From Candidatus Cloacimonas sp. SDB (lineage in GTDB: Bacteria > Cloacimonadota > Cloacimonadia > Cloacimonadales > TCS61), in contig LKUH01000174.1 of assembly GCA_001412425.1 (NCBI GenBank), forward strand, positions 1 to 39,566: a stretch of DNA of 39,566 bases, in the 5' to 3' direction. The notes beneath the pieces were generated by a model. The model ran no database searches and had not been told where the DNA came from. It was given only the letters and a program-made list of their open reading frames with translations. The position numbers and the translations under genes are program-made. Positions 24,734 through 33,266 of the stretch are shown one piece after another (position 1 is the stretch's first letter; each line of letters begins with the position of its first letter).

Positions 24734-26563
24734 ATGAAATTGCCTTATTTGATTTTAATTATTTTACAGATATTTTCTATTACTTTAACAGCTGATCCGC
24801 CGGCAGGTTATTACAATTCTGCAGAAGGTTTAAGCGGCGAAACCCTGAAGTCGGCATTGCATGATATCATTTCCGGACATACACAATTCAGCTATGACGA
24901 CCTGAGAGATTTCATTTTACCTGCTGCTGATGAGGATACTTTAAATACAGATAATATAATTTTGATCTACACAGGCAGATCACAGCCAAAATCAACCTAT
25001 AACAGCGGATCAGATGGCTGGAACCGCGAGCATGTCTGGGCTAAATCCCGCGGTGATTTCGGCAATTCAGCACCCTGTGGTACCGACGCCCATATGGTGC
25101 ATCCCTGCGATGAATCCGTAAATTCTTTACGAGGGAACAAAGATTTCGATAACGGTGGTTCAGCAGTATATGATCTCGGTTATTTAGCGGGTTACACAGA
25201 TGCTGATTCCTGGGAACCCCGGGATGAAGTTAAAGGTGATGTTGCCCGAATCATCTTCTACATGGCTTGCAGATACGAAGGTGAAAGCGGTGAACTGGAC
25301 CTGGAACTGGTAGATTATATTCAAACCCTCACCAGCAATGATCCTTTTACAGGTAAGTTATCCTCTCTGTATCAATGGCATCTTGACGACCCGCCCGATA
25401 GTTGGGAAAGATTGCGCAATGACAGGGTTTACGGCTATCAGAATAATCGCAATCCTTTTGTGGATCATCCCGAATATGTTAACTATATCTGGGGTGATGA
25501 AGCACCCGAAGATAATGTGCCACCCGAGATTTCTACTGTTTCTGTATTGGATGCGGAAAATATTGTAGTTGTTTTTTCCGAATATGTCGATCAGACATCA
25601 ACAGAAACAGTCTCTAATTATCAGATAGATAATGGTATTGGCACACCTCTGTCAGCCACTCTGGGTTATAACAGTAGCGACTCTTCTGTGCTGCTGGAGG
25701 TGAATTCACTCACACCGGGAGTTTCCTATACCATAACAATAAATAATATCGCAGATCTCCATGACAACGTGATTGCTGACAATTCCCAATATATATTTGA
25801 AATGACTTCCATAGTAGAAATTCTGGCTGAGAGTTTTGAAACAGGAACTTCAGGCTGGGCGCTATACAGCTCTGCCAGCAATAAAGACTGGGAGAGAACC
25901 AATGATACTGGCTATGCTCATCCCAACTCTGTGCCTGAAGGAAATTACTACATGTATATGAATAATTACGGGGCTGATGTTGCTGGTAATGACTGGCTTA
26001 TCTCACCGGAAATAGATCTGACCAATTATACGGATCCTCAATTAAGTTTCTATAATTGGTACAGCTATAACGATACAGAGATCGGACTTAAGGTTAAATA
26101 TTCTTTGGATTATAATGGCAGCCAGGATCCTGATGAATCAACCTGGGTTACGATCCATGAATCCCTGGCTTCCCAATATGCCACCTGGGAACTGGAAGAG
26201 GGATTCAACCTTTCCGATCTGGCAGGTGAATCTGATCTCCATTTTGCCTTTCATTATACTTCTTCAGGAACAGGTGCAAATTCCTGCCGAGCCTGGGCGA
26301 TTGATAGTGTGATGCTTTCTGCGGAATACATTGAAAACGTTCAACTTCCTGTACCGCAGGACTTGCAGATCAACTATTCTGCGGGACAGATCAGCCTTTC
26401 CTGGCAGCCTGTGACCGGTGCTGTTTCTTACAATATCTACAGTTCACCAGATCCGGAAGCAGAATTCACAGACTGGGAATTTATTGTCACAGTTACGGGT
26501 GAGACAACCTGGAATACAATTCCCGCAGCAGAAAAAATATTTTATAAAGTAACTGCTCAATAA
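24734..26563 (+). CDS. Secreted endonuclease I family nuclease with Ig-like, MAM/choice-of-anchor-J-like and FN3-like C-terminal domains
   Basis: A signal peptide is present. The N-domain is YYNSAEGLSGETLKSALHDII...ILIYTG...WNREHVWAKSRG...DAHMVHPCDESVNSLRGNKDF...NRNPFVDHPE, with endonuclease I (EndA/Vvn, PF04231-type) motifs. It is followed by PPEISTVSVLDAENIVVVF... (Ig-like) and ESFETGTSGWALYS...NDWLISPEIDL. The last 72 aa span 26345-26560. Confidence 0.8.
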   Translation: MKLPYLILIILQIFSITLTADPPAGYYNSAEGLSGETLKSALHDIISGHTQFSYDDLRDFILPAADEDTLNTDNIILIYTGRSQPKSTYNSGSDGWNREHVWAKSRGDFGNSAPCGTDAHMVHPCDESVNSLRGNKDFDNGGSAVYDLGYLAGYTDADSWEPRDEVKGDVARIIFYMACRYEGESGELDLELVDYIQTLTSNDPFTGKLSSLYQWHLDDPPDSWERLRNDRVYGYQNNRNPFVDHPEYVNYIWGDEAPEDNVPPEISTVSVLDAENIVVVFSEYVDQTSTETVSNYQIDNGIGTPLSATLGYNSSDSSVLLEVNSLTPGVSYTITINNIADLHDNVIADNSQYIFEMTSIVEILAESFETGTSGWALYSSASNKDWERTNDTGYAHPNSVPEGNYYMYMNNYGADVAGNDWLISPEIDLTNYTDPQLSFYNWYSYNDTEIGLKVKYSLDYNGSQDPDESTWVTIHESLASQYATWELEEGFNLSDLAGESDLHFAFHYTSSGTGANSCRAWAIDSVMLSAEYIENVQLPVPQDLQINYSAGQISLSWQPVTGAVSYNIYSSPDPEAEFTDWEFIVTVTGETTWNTIPAAEKIFYKVTAQ

Positions 26564-26667
26564 TCTGATTTACTGCGAAAACAGAACATTTATTTTAATG
26601 ATGCTGGAAGAGATGGAATCTGGTATGTGAATTGCCTGTGATTTTCCTATTCTAGGTAAGGAAAATT

Positions 26668-26841
26668 ATGATCAGGATTGAAGGTGTCACGATTACAGAT
26701 GAACAGATCAGCAAGTTTTTTGATTACTATGAAAGCTGCTATAATTTTCGACTAAAAGAATTGAGCAGCCAGGATCTCCTCTTTCTGCTGAATGCTGTCA
26801 GGTCAAAGCATTTCCTGCACTATCTCTATTGTCACCTGTAA
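26668..26841 (+). CDS. Possible 57-aa ORF (not in ORF track), hypothetical
   Basis: The ATG follows AAGGAAAATT. The translation is MIRIEGVTITDEQISKFFDYYESCYNFRLKELSSQDLLFLLNAVRSKHFLHYLYCHL, ending at a TAA. It is the only sizeable ORF in the 398-nt gap before pfkA. I recognise no homology. Confidence 0.2.
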   Translation: MIRIEGVTITDEQISKFFDYYESCYNFRLKELSSQDLLFLLNAVRSKHFLHYLYCHL

Positions 26842-26961
26842 AAATTTAATTATCATCTAAAGTTATATACTACAATCAGTTCTGGAATTATGAAACCATT
26901 TTTTTAACAATATACTTGCCTGCAATTTATTCTCCGTAAAATTTGCCTGTAAGAGGTTGTT

Positions 26962-28059
26962 ATGAAAAAAAGATGTCTTGTCTTAACAGGTGGTGGAGAT
27001 TGTCCCGGTCTTAACGCTGTTCTTCGAGCAATAGTCAAGAGAGCTTCTCTGGAAGAGGATTGGGAGATCATTGGTAGCATAGATGCCTTTAACGGAATAC
27101 TCAAAGAGCCTACCGAGCTGGTGTTACTTGATAACGAGAGAATAGCCGGGATCCATGTTAAAGGCGGTACAATTCTGGGAACCACTAATAAAGGCGGTCC
27201 TTTCAACTGGCCCGTGAAAAATGCTGACGGCAGCTGGACAACCCGGGACAGATCGGATGAATTGATCGAAATACTGGAAAGAGAAGGGATCAACGCGATT
27301 ATAAATATAGGCGGGGACGGTTCTCAGGCTATCTCGCAGACCCTGTTCGAAAAAGGTGTTAACATTGTGGGAGTTCCTAAAACAATTGATAATGATTTGA
27401 TGTCAACAGACTATACATTTGGTTTTCAGACAGCAGTTGAGATCGCGACCGATGCACTGGACAAACTTGTAACTACTGCAGCCAGTCATCACCGCATTAT
27501 GATATTGGAAGTTATGGGCAGAGAAGCAGGATGGATAGCCTTATATACTGCAATTTCCGGTGGAGCGGAAGTATGTCTTATACCTGAGATACCCTATAAT
27601 TTGAATGAAATAATCGCTAAGATCGAAGAGAGAACAGCTTCGGGAAAAGGTTTTGTGAATATCGTGATAGCTGAAGGTGCTTATCCGGTTGGAGGGGAGA
27701 TGTCTACCTTCAGGATAAATGTGGCTGGAAAAGGCAAGGAATATCTCCAGGGAGCTGGGAATAAACTGGCTGCTGATCTTAAAGCAGCAGGTGTGAAAAC
27801 AGATATCAGAGCTACAATTCTGGGACATATTCAAAGAGGTGGAAGTCCCTGTGTTTTTGACAGAATGCTTGCTACCCAGTTTGGAGTTAAAGCCTTTGAG
27901 CTGGTGCTGGATAATAAATTCGGTCAGATGGTAGCTTTTATTGATAATGATATAACAGATGTAACAATTAAAGAAGCGATCATAAATTTTAATCTGGTGG
28001 ATCCAGATTCATATCTGGTTCACACAGCAAAAAGCATTGGCATAATTTTTGGAGATTAG
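26962..28059 (+). CDS. pfkA: 6-phosphofructokinase, ATP-type signature (GGDGS)
   Basis: PFK motifs are LTGGGDCPGLNAV, NIGGDGSQ, GVPKTIDND, VMGREAGW and GHIQRGG. Gly at the E. coli-104 equivalent suggests ATP as donor. Lys in PKTIDND is the residue seen in PPi enzymes and in group III enzymes. Confidence 0.8.
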   Translation: MKKRCLVLTGGGDCPGLNAVLRAIVKRASLEEDWEIIGSIDAFNGILKEPTELVLLDNERIAGIHVKGGTILGTTNKGGPFNWPVKNADGSWTTRDRSDELIEILEREGINAIINIGGDGSQAISQTLFEKGVNIVGVPKTIDNDLMSTDYTFGFQTAVEIATDALDKLVTTAASHHRIMILEVMGREAGWIALYTAISGGAEVCLIPEIPYNLNEIIAKIEERTASGKGFVNIVIAEGAYPVGGEMSTFRINVAGKGKEYLQGAGNKLAADLKAAGVKTDIRATILGHIQRGGSPCVFDRMLATQFGVKAFELVLDNKFGQMVAFIDNDITDVTIKEAIINFNLVDPDSYLVHTAKSIGIIFGD

Positions 28060-28140
28060 GATAAATACTAAGAATTTACTTGTCAGCAATGCCACGGAAT
28101 AATCTTTTAGTTTCAGAATATTTAAGGTCCGGAGGATAAT

Positions 28141-29364
28141 TTGAAGCATAAGATCGGAATTTTAACTGCGGGTGGATTAGCTCCCTGTTTATCTTCTTCT
28201 ATTGGAAGACTTATTATGAAATATACCGAGCAGATCCCGGAAGCGGACATCATCGGATATCTGCATGGTTACAGGGGATTACTGCTGGGCAACAAAATTG
28301 AGATCACTCAGAAAGTGCGAGATAACTGGGCTCTGCTCTGCAATTTCGGAGGTTCTGTACTGGGTAGTAGCCGGGTGAAACTTTCCAATATTAAAGACTG
28401 TCTGGGAAAAGGTTACGTTAAGGAAGGTGAGAATCCGCTGCATGTAGCAGCCCGGCAACTGATGAAGGACGAGATCACCATTCTGCATACAATTGGAGGA
28501 GACGACACAAATGTAACGGCTGCATACCTCTCTACATATTTGCAGGAAAAAGGGTATGATCTCACCGTGGTTGGTCTGCCTAAAACCGTAGATAACGATG
28601 TTTTCCCGCTGGCTCAGACGCTGGGTGCCTGGACAGCTGCGGATCAAAGTGCTTTGTTCTTCGAGAATATTGCTAATGAAAACACTACCAGTCCCCGCCA
28701 GCTTCTAGTTCATGAAGTCATGGGCAGATACTGTGGCTGGCTTACTGCTTCAGCAGCTTATGAATATCGAAAAAGGCTTGATGGTAAAAAATTTCTTCCC
28801 GAAATGCTGCTTACCAGGGGAAGATGGGATATTGATGCAGTTTACATTCCTGAGATAAATTACGATTTTGATGATGAGATTGAACGCTTGAAAAAGAACA
28901 TGGACGATAACGACTGTGTGATTATATTTTTAAGTGAAGGTGCCGGCGTAGAGAGAATTGTGGCCGAAATGGAAGTTGAGGGTAAAACGGTTAGCCGTGA
29001 TGCTTTCGGGCATGTCAGACTGGATGAGATCAATTCCGGTATCTGGTTCGGTAAAAAATTTGGAAAGGTTCTTGATGCTCAGAAGGTTCTGGTGCAGAAA
29101 AGTGGTTATTTTGCCCGTTCTGCCGCACCTAACAAAAGAGATCTTGAACTGGTTTACAATACTGTAGATCAGGCTGTAACGTTCGGATTGAATGGACAAA
29201 ATGGTGTTGTTGGTCTGGATGAAGATTTTAACAATGAAATGAGATGTATTGAATTTGGCAGGATAAAGGGTGGAAAACCTTTCGATCCTCATGTGGACTG
29301 GTTTCAGAATCTGCTCTCCGATATTGGTCAAAAGCATTACGATCCCTACAAATTCAAGGAATAA
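28141..29364 (+). CDS. pfp: Pyrophosphate-dependent phosphofructokinase (short PPi-PFK type, GGDDT)
   Basis: The TTG start has a GGAGG 5 nt upstream. Motifs are ILTAGGLAPCLSS, TIGGDDTNV (Asp at the donor-specificity position), GLPKTVDND and VMGRYCGWL. The roughly 407-aa length fits short PPi-PFKs. Confidence 0.75.
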   Translation: MKHKIGILTAGGLAPCLSSSIGRLIMKYTEQIPEADIIGYLHGYRGLLLGNKIEITQKVRDNWALLCNFGGSVLGSSRVKLSNIKDCLGKGYVKEGENPLHVAARQLMKDEITILHTIGGDDTNVTAAYLSTYLQEKGYDLTVVGLPKTVDNDVFPLAQTLGAWTAADQSALFFENIANENTTSPRQLLVHEVMGRYCGWLTASAAYEYRKRLDGKKFLPEMLLTRGRWDIDAVYIPEINYDFDDEIERLKKNMDDNDCVIIFLSEGAGVERIVAEMEVEGKTVSRDAFGHVRLDEINSGIWFGKKFGKVLDAQKVLVQKSGYFARSAAPNKRDLELVYNTVDQAVTFGLNGQNGVVGLDEDFNNEMRCIEFGRIKGGKPFDPHVDWFQNLLSDIGQKHYDPYKFKE

Positions 29365-29373
29365 GGTGAGAAT

Positions 29374-29661
29374 ATGAAGATCAAGTTCAGGGATGTAAGT
29401 TCGGGAATAGTGGAAGCCAGAGGTATTGTGGAAATCGTTCCGGGTATGTTTATCAATGAAATTACCATCATCAAAAAAGATGGGAATATAAAAGTTGAGT
29501 TACCGCAGAAAAGTTTCAAGGGTAAAGATGACAGAATGCACTATCTCAACATTCTTACTTTTGAAAATGAGAATAAAGAGACTATCTGGAAAATGGAAAT
29601 CAAAGAAGAATATTTCAACTGGAGAAAAAATAATAAAAAAGTACTTGTTTATGAACCGTGA
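29374..29661 (+). CDS. Small SpoVG-like protein (tentative) / hypothetical
   Basis: A GGTGAG RBS precedes the start and the ORF is 95 aa. The segment ARGIVEIVPGMFINEITIIKKDGNIKVELPQKSF has the strand pattern of SpoVG (A.A.V.....F.I..I.VI.G..G..V.MP.K). The similarity is weak. Confidence 0.35.
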   Translation: MKIKFRDVSSGIVEARGIVEIVPGMFINEITIIKKDGNIKVELPQKSFKGKDDRMHYLNILTFENENKETIWKMEIKEEYFNWRKNNKKVLVYEP

Positions 29662-29686
29662 TATTCAGATAGAATTTTAAAGAATC

Positions 29687-30976
29687 ATGCCCGATAGAGA
29701 TAAAGTTATCCTTGTCGGAGTTTATACCGGTGACATCAGCAGAGAATATTATGACGAAACCATGCTTGAATTACAGAAACTTGCTGATACCGCTGGAGTT
29801 GATGTTGTAAAAACCTACGTTCAGATCCTTCCCAGACCTAATACTGCAACTTACATCGGCAGTGGTAAGATTAAAGAGATCAGCAGCTATGCTCACAACC
29901 ATCAGGTCTATACACTTATTTTCAACAATAATCTATCTCCTTCGCAATCCAGAAATATCTCCGATCAGACTCGTTGCAATGTAGTGGATAGGACTGAGCT
30001 GATCCTGGATATTTTTGCAACTCATGCCAGGACGAAGCAGTCTCGTATTCAGGTAGAACTGGCTCAACTGGAATACAGTTATACCAAATTAAAAAGAATG
30101 TGGAAACATCTTTCCCGAATTCAGGGCGGTATTGGTTTCAGGGGTCCGGGTGAAACTCAGATAGAAACCGACAGAAGAGAGATCCGCAAGAAAGTTCAGA
30201 TCCTGAAGAAAAAAGTTAAAGATATTGAAAACAATTCTCTTGTAAAAAGAAAAAAACGTAATAAAATAATTTCAATCTCTCTGGTCGGTTACACAAATAC
30301 CGGCAAATCAACTTTATTCAATCTACTTACCAGTGAACAGCGTTATGCTGAAGATCAGCTTTTTGCCACTCTTGATTCCCTGACCAGGGTGATAAGGATA
30401 AATTCAGAGGAAAACCTGGTTCTTACCGATACCATCGGTTTCATCAGAAATCTGCCGCACCGGCTTGTAGCTTCCTTTCATTCTACTTTGCTGGAAGTGA
30501 TCGAGGCTGACCTGCTGATGCATATTGTTGACCTTTCGCGTCCAAATTTATATGAATATATTGAAGCTGTTGATAAAGTACTTAAAGAGTTAAAAGTTCT
30601 GGATAAGAGTATATTGATGGTTTTTAATAAATGTGATCTTGTTGCAGGACCATATTTTACTTTTTTAAAAAGACAATTATTACATGAATATCCCGATTCT
30701 GTGTTTATTTCCGCCAGAACAGGCGAAGGGATGGACCAGCTTAATTCTAAATTGCAGGAATTCGTGGGCAAATATAAAAATCTGTTGACATTGGAAATAC
30801 CTTATGAGATGCAGAATTTAATTTCTTTCATTTATAAGGTTGGAGAGGTGATGGAACGGAAAGAAAAGGACGATTATACAATTCTGCTGACTGCCAGAAT
30901 TCCCCGCCATTTCATAAAAGGTATCAGGCAACAGATTGATGATTTTAAATTTTTGCAATACATAAATAAAAAATAA
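29687..30976 (+). CDS. hflX: GTPase HflX
   Basis: The HflX N-domain shows DRTELILDIFATHA...IQVELAQL and GPGETQIETDRR. The G-domain shows LVGYTNTGKSTLFN (G1), DTIGFI (G3) and NKCD (G4). Confidence 0.9.
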   Translation: MPDRDKVILVGVYTGDISREYYDETMLELQKLADTAGVDVVKTYVQILPRPNTATYIGSGKIKEISSYAHNHQVYTLIFNNNLSPSQSRNISDQTRCNVVDRTELILDIFATHARTKQSRIQVELAQLEYSYTKLKRMWKHLSRIQGGIGFRGPGETQIETDRREIRKKVQILKKKVKDIENNSLVKRKKRNKIISISLVGYTNTGKSTLFNLLTSEQRYAEDQLFATLDSLTRVIRINSEENLVLTDTIGFIRNLPHRLVASFHSTLLEVIEADLLMHIVDLSRPNLYEYIEAVDKVLKELKVLDKSILMVFNKCDLVAGPYFTFLKRQLLHEYPDSVFISARTGEGMDQLNSKLQEFVGKYKNLLTLEIPYEMQNLISFIYKVGEVMERKEKDDYTILLTARIPRHFIKGIRQQIDDFKFLQYINKK

Positions 30977-30986
30977 TGGAGGAATC

Positions 30987-32198
30987 ATGATTAGTGATCT
31001 CAATGAGATTATTTCGTTAAATGCCAGGGGTATGAAAAAATCCGCGATCAGGGAATTACTCAAACTTACCAATGATCCGGAAATTATCTCTTTTGCCGGA
31101 GGGCTTCCTTCTCCCGATACTTTTCCCAAACTCGAACTGGTGGATATAGTTCGTAAAGTAATCGAAGAAGATGGAGATAAAGCTCTGCAGTATGGCACAA
31201 CAGAAGGCGATGAAAAATTAAGAGAACTTATTTGTGAAAATTACAGAGAAGAGGGATTCGATATTACAGTAAAGAATATCCTGGTCACCACAGCTTCTCA
31301 GCAGGGACTTGATCTGCTGGCTAAAGTTTTCGTCAACCGTGGTGATAAAGTGCTGGTGGGACTGCCTTCCTACCTTGGTGGTCTGGGTGCTTTTAATGCC
31401 TACGGAGCCGATATGATCGGAGTTAAGTTTGATGAAGGCGGAATGAGGACTGATGATGTCAGGAAGATACTAACAGAGCTGAAGGCTAAAGGGGAAAAGC
31501 CGAAATTTATCTATATCATTCCCGAGTTTCAGAATCCAGCCGGTGTTACTATGCCGGAATCACGCAGAATTGAAATGTTGAAAATTGCCCGTGAATTCGA
31601 TATTCTCATTGTGGAAGACAGTCCTTATAAACAGATCAGATTTGAAGGTGAAGATCAGAAGAGTTTTTACGCTCTGGATAATGACGGGCAGGTTATAAAT
31701 CTGGGTACTTTCTCCAAGATATTTGTTCCCGGTTTCAGAATCGGTTGGGTTATTGCCCACGAAGATATTCTGGATAAATTCATCAAAGCTAAGCAGAGTA
31801 CAGACCTCTGTACTTCACCCTTTGTTCAGAAAATTGCTGCCAGATATATTGAAGAGGGACATTTTGCCAGATATCTGAAAAATACCATTCAAAGTTATAA
31901 AGAGAAAAGAGATGTAATGATAGCTGCCTTTGAGAAATATATGCCAGAAGGCGTAAAGTGGACTGTTCCGGAAGGAGGATTATTTCTCTTCGTAACTTTA
32001 CCGGAATATATGGATGCTGAAAAACTCTTCCTGAAAGCGATTGAAAAGAAAGTGGCTTATGTGGTAGGCAGTGTATTCCATTGTGATGGCAGTGGTCGCA
32101 ATACAATGAGGATCAATTTTTCTTACGTCAGCAAAGAGAAGAATCTGGAAGGAGTAAAAAGGCTTGCTCAGGTTATTAAAGAAGAGATTCGCCAGTAA
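30987..32198 (+). CDS. PLP-dependent aminotransferase, class I/II (2-aminoadipate/aromatic LysN/ARO8-like)
   Basis: A GGAGG RBS precedes the start. Motifs are ISFAGGLPSPDTFP, LQYGTTEG, NPAGVTM and the PLP-lysine context GTFSKIFVPGFRIGW, followed by MRINFS near the C-terminus. Confidence 0.75.
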   Translation: MISDLNEIISLNARGMKKSAIRELLKLTNDPEIISFAGGLPSPDTFPKLELVDIVRKVIEEDGDKALQYGTTEGDEKLRELICENYREEGFDITVKNILVTTASQQGLDLLAKVFVNRGDKVLVGLPSYLGGLGAFNAYGADMIGVKFDEGGMRTDDVRKILTELKAKGEKPKFIYIIPEFQNPAGVTMPESRRIEMLKIAREFDILIVEDSPYKQIRFEGEDQKSFYALDNDGQVINLGTFSKIFVPGFRIGWVIAHEDILDKFIKAKQSTDLCTSPFVQKIAARYIEEGHFARYLKNTIQSYKEKRDVMIAAFEKYMPEGVKWTVPEGGLFLFVTLPEYMDAEKLFLKAIEKKVAYVVGSVFHCDGSGRNTMRINFSYVSKEKNLEGVKRLAQVIKEEIRQ

Positions 32199-32246
32199 TT
32201 ATTCCTTCTAACTTGGAAAATTGATCCCCAAAAAGGCGGAAAATAT

Positions 32247-33254
32247 TTGAGTTATTATAAAGTAGCAGTTCTGGGCGCTACCGGTCTGGTCGGCAGAGAA
32301 ATGGTTAAGATACTTGAAGAGCGGGATTTTCCGCTTAAAGAATTGAAATTATTTGCTTCAGAAAGATCTGCCGGTAAAAAAATAACCTTTAAAGGTCAGA
32401 AGATCACGGTTGAAGCCTGCAGCGAAGGATCTTTTCATAATATTGATCTGGCTCTGTTCAGCGCCGGCACCGAAGCAGGAAGATTTTACGGAGAAATAGC
32501 ATCGCGGCAGGGGACAATAGTAATTGACAACAGCAATGCCTTCAGAATGGACAAAAATGTTCCGCTGGTTGTTCCTGAAGTTAATGCTGATGACATTCTT
32601 AATCATCAGGGAATAATCGCCAACCCTAATTGTTCCACAATTCAACTGGTTCTGGTTCTGAAGCCAATTTACGATGAACTGGGGGTAACGCGTCTTATTA
32701 TCAGCACTTACCAGTCAGTATCGGGAACTGGCAAAAAAGCAGTTCAGGAACTGATGGATCAGACTGAGTCGATTATGGCGGCTTCGGGATTTAAACCCGA
32801 AGTTTATCCTCATCAGATAGCTTTCAATGTTCTGCCTCATATAGATATATTTGAAAATAATTTTTACAGCCGGGAAGAAATGAAACTGGTGAGGGAAACA
32901 AAAAAGATCCTGCATGACGAACAGATCAAGATTTCAGCTACAGCAGTAAGGGTACCAGTCATTATCGGTCATTCCGAATCGGTTTATCTGGAGACCCGAA
33001 AGATTATTTCACTGCCTGAATTGGAAAATCTCCTCAATAAAGCTGCGGGAGTGAAAGTGCTGAATGATCCTAAAAACAATATTTATCCTCTTCCTGTAAT
33101 GAGTAAGTTTAAGGACGAAGTCCTGGTGGGACGCCTCAGAAAAGATCTTGATGTTGAAAATGGTTATCATCTCTGGGTGGTAGGAAATAATCTGAGAAAG
33201 GGTGCGGCTCTGAATGCTGTTCAGATTGCAGAACATGTTATCAGAAACTTTTAA
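32247..33254 (+). CDS. asd: Aspartate-semialdehyde dehydrogenase
   Basis: The start is a TTG, which is needed to include the NAD-binding motif VAVLGATGLVG. The active-site Cys context IANPNCSTIQ and the motif YQSVSGTG are both present. Confidence 0.9.
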   Translation: MSYYKVAVLGATGLVGREMVKILEERDFPLKELKLFASERSAGKKITFKGQKITVEACSEGSFHNIDLALFSAGTEAGRFYGEIASRQGTIVIDNSNAFRMDKNVPLVVPEVNADDILNHQGIIANPNCSTIQLVLVLKPIYDELGVTRLIISTYQSVSGTGKKAVQELMDQTESIMAASGFKPEVYPHQIAFNVLPHIDIFENNFYSREEMKLVRETKKILHDEQIKISATAVRVPVIIGHSESVYLETRKIISLPELENLLNKAAGVKVLNDPKNNIYPLPVMSKFKDEVLVGRLRKDLDVENGYHLWVVGNNLRKGAALNAVQIAEHVIRNF

Positions 33255-33266
33255 AAGGGATTCACT

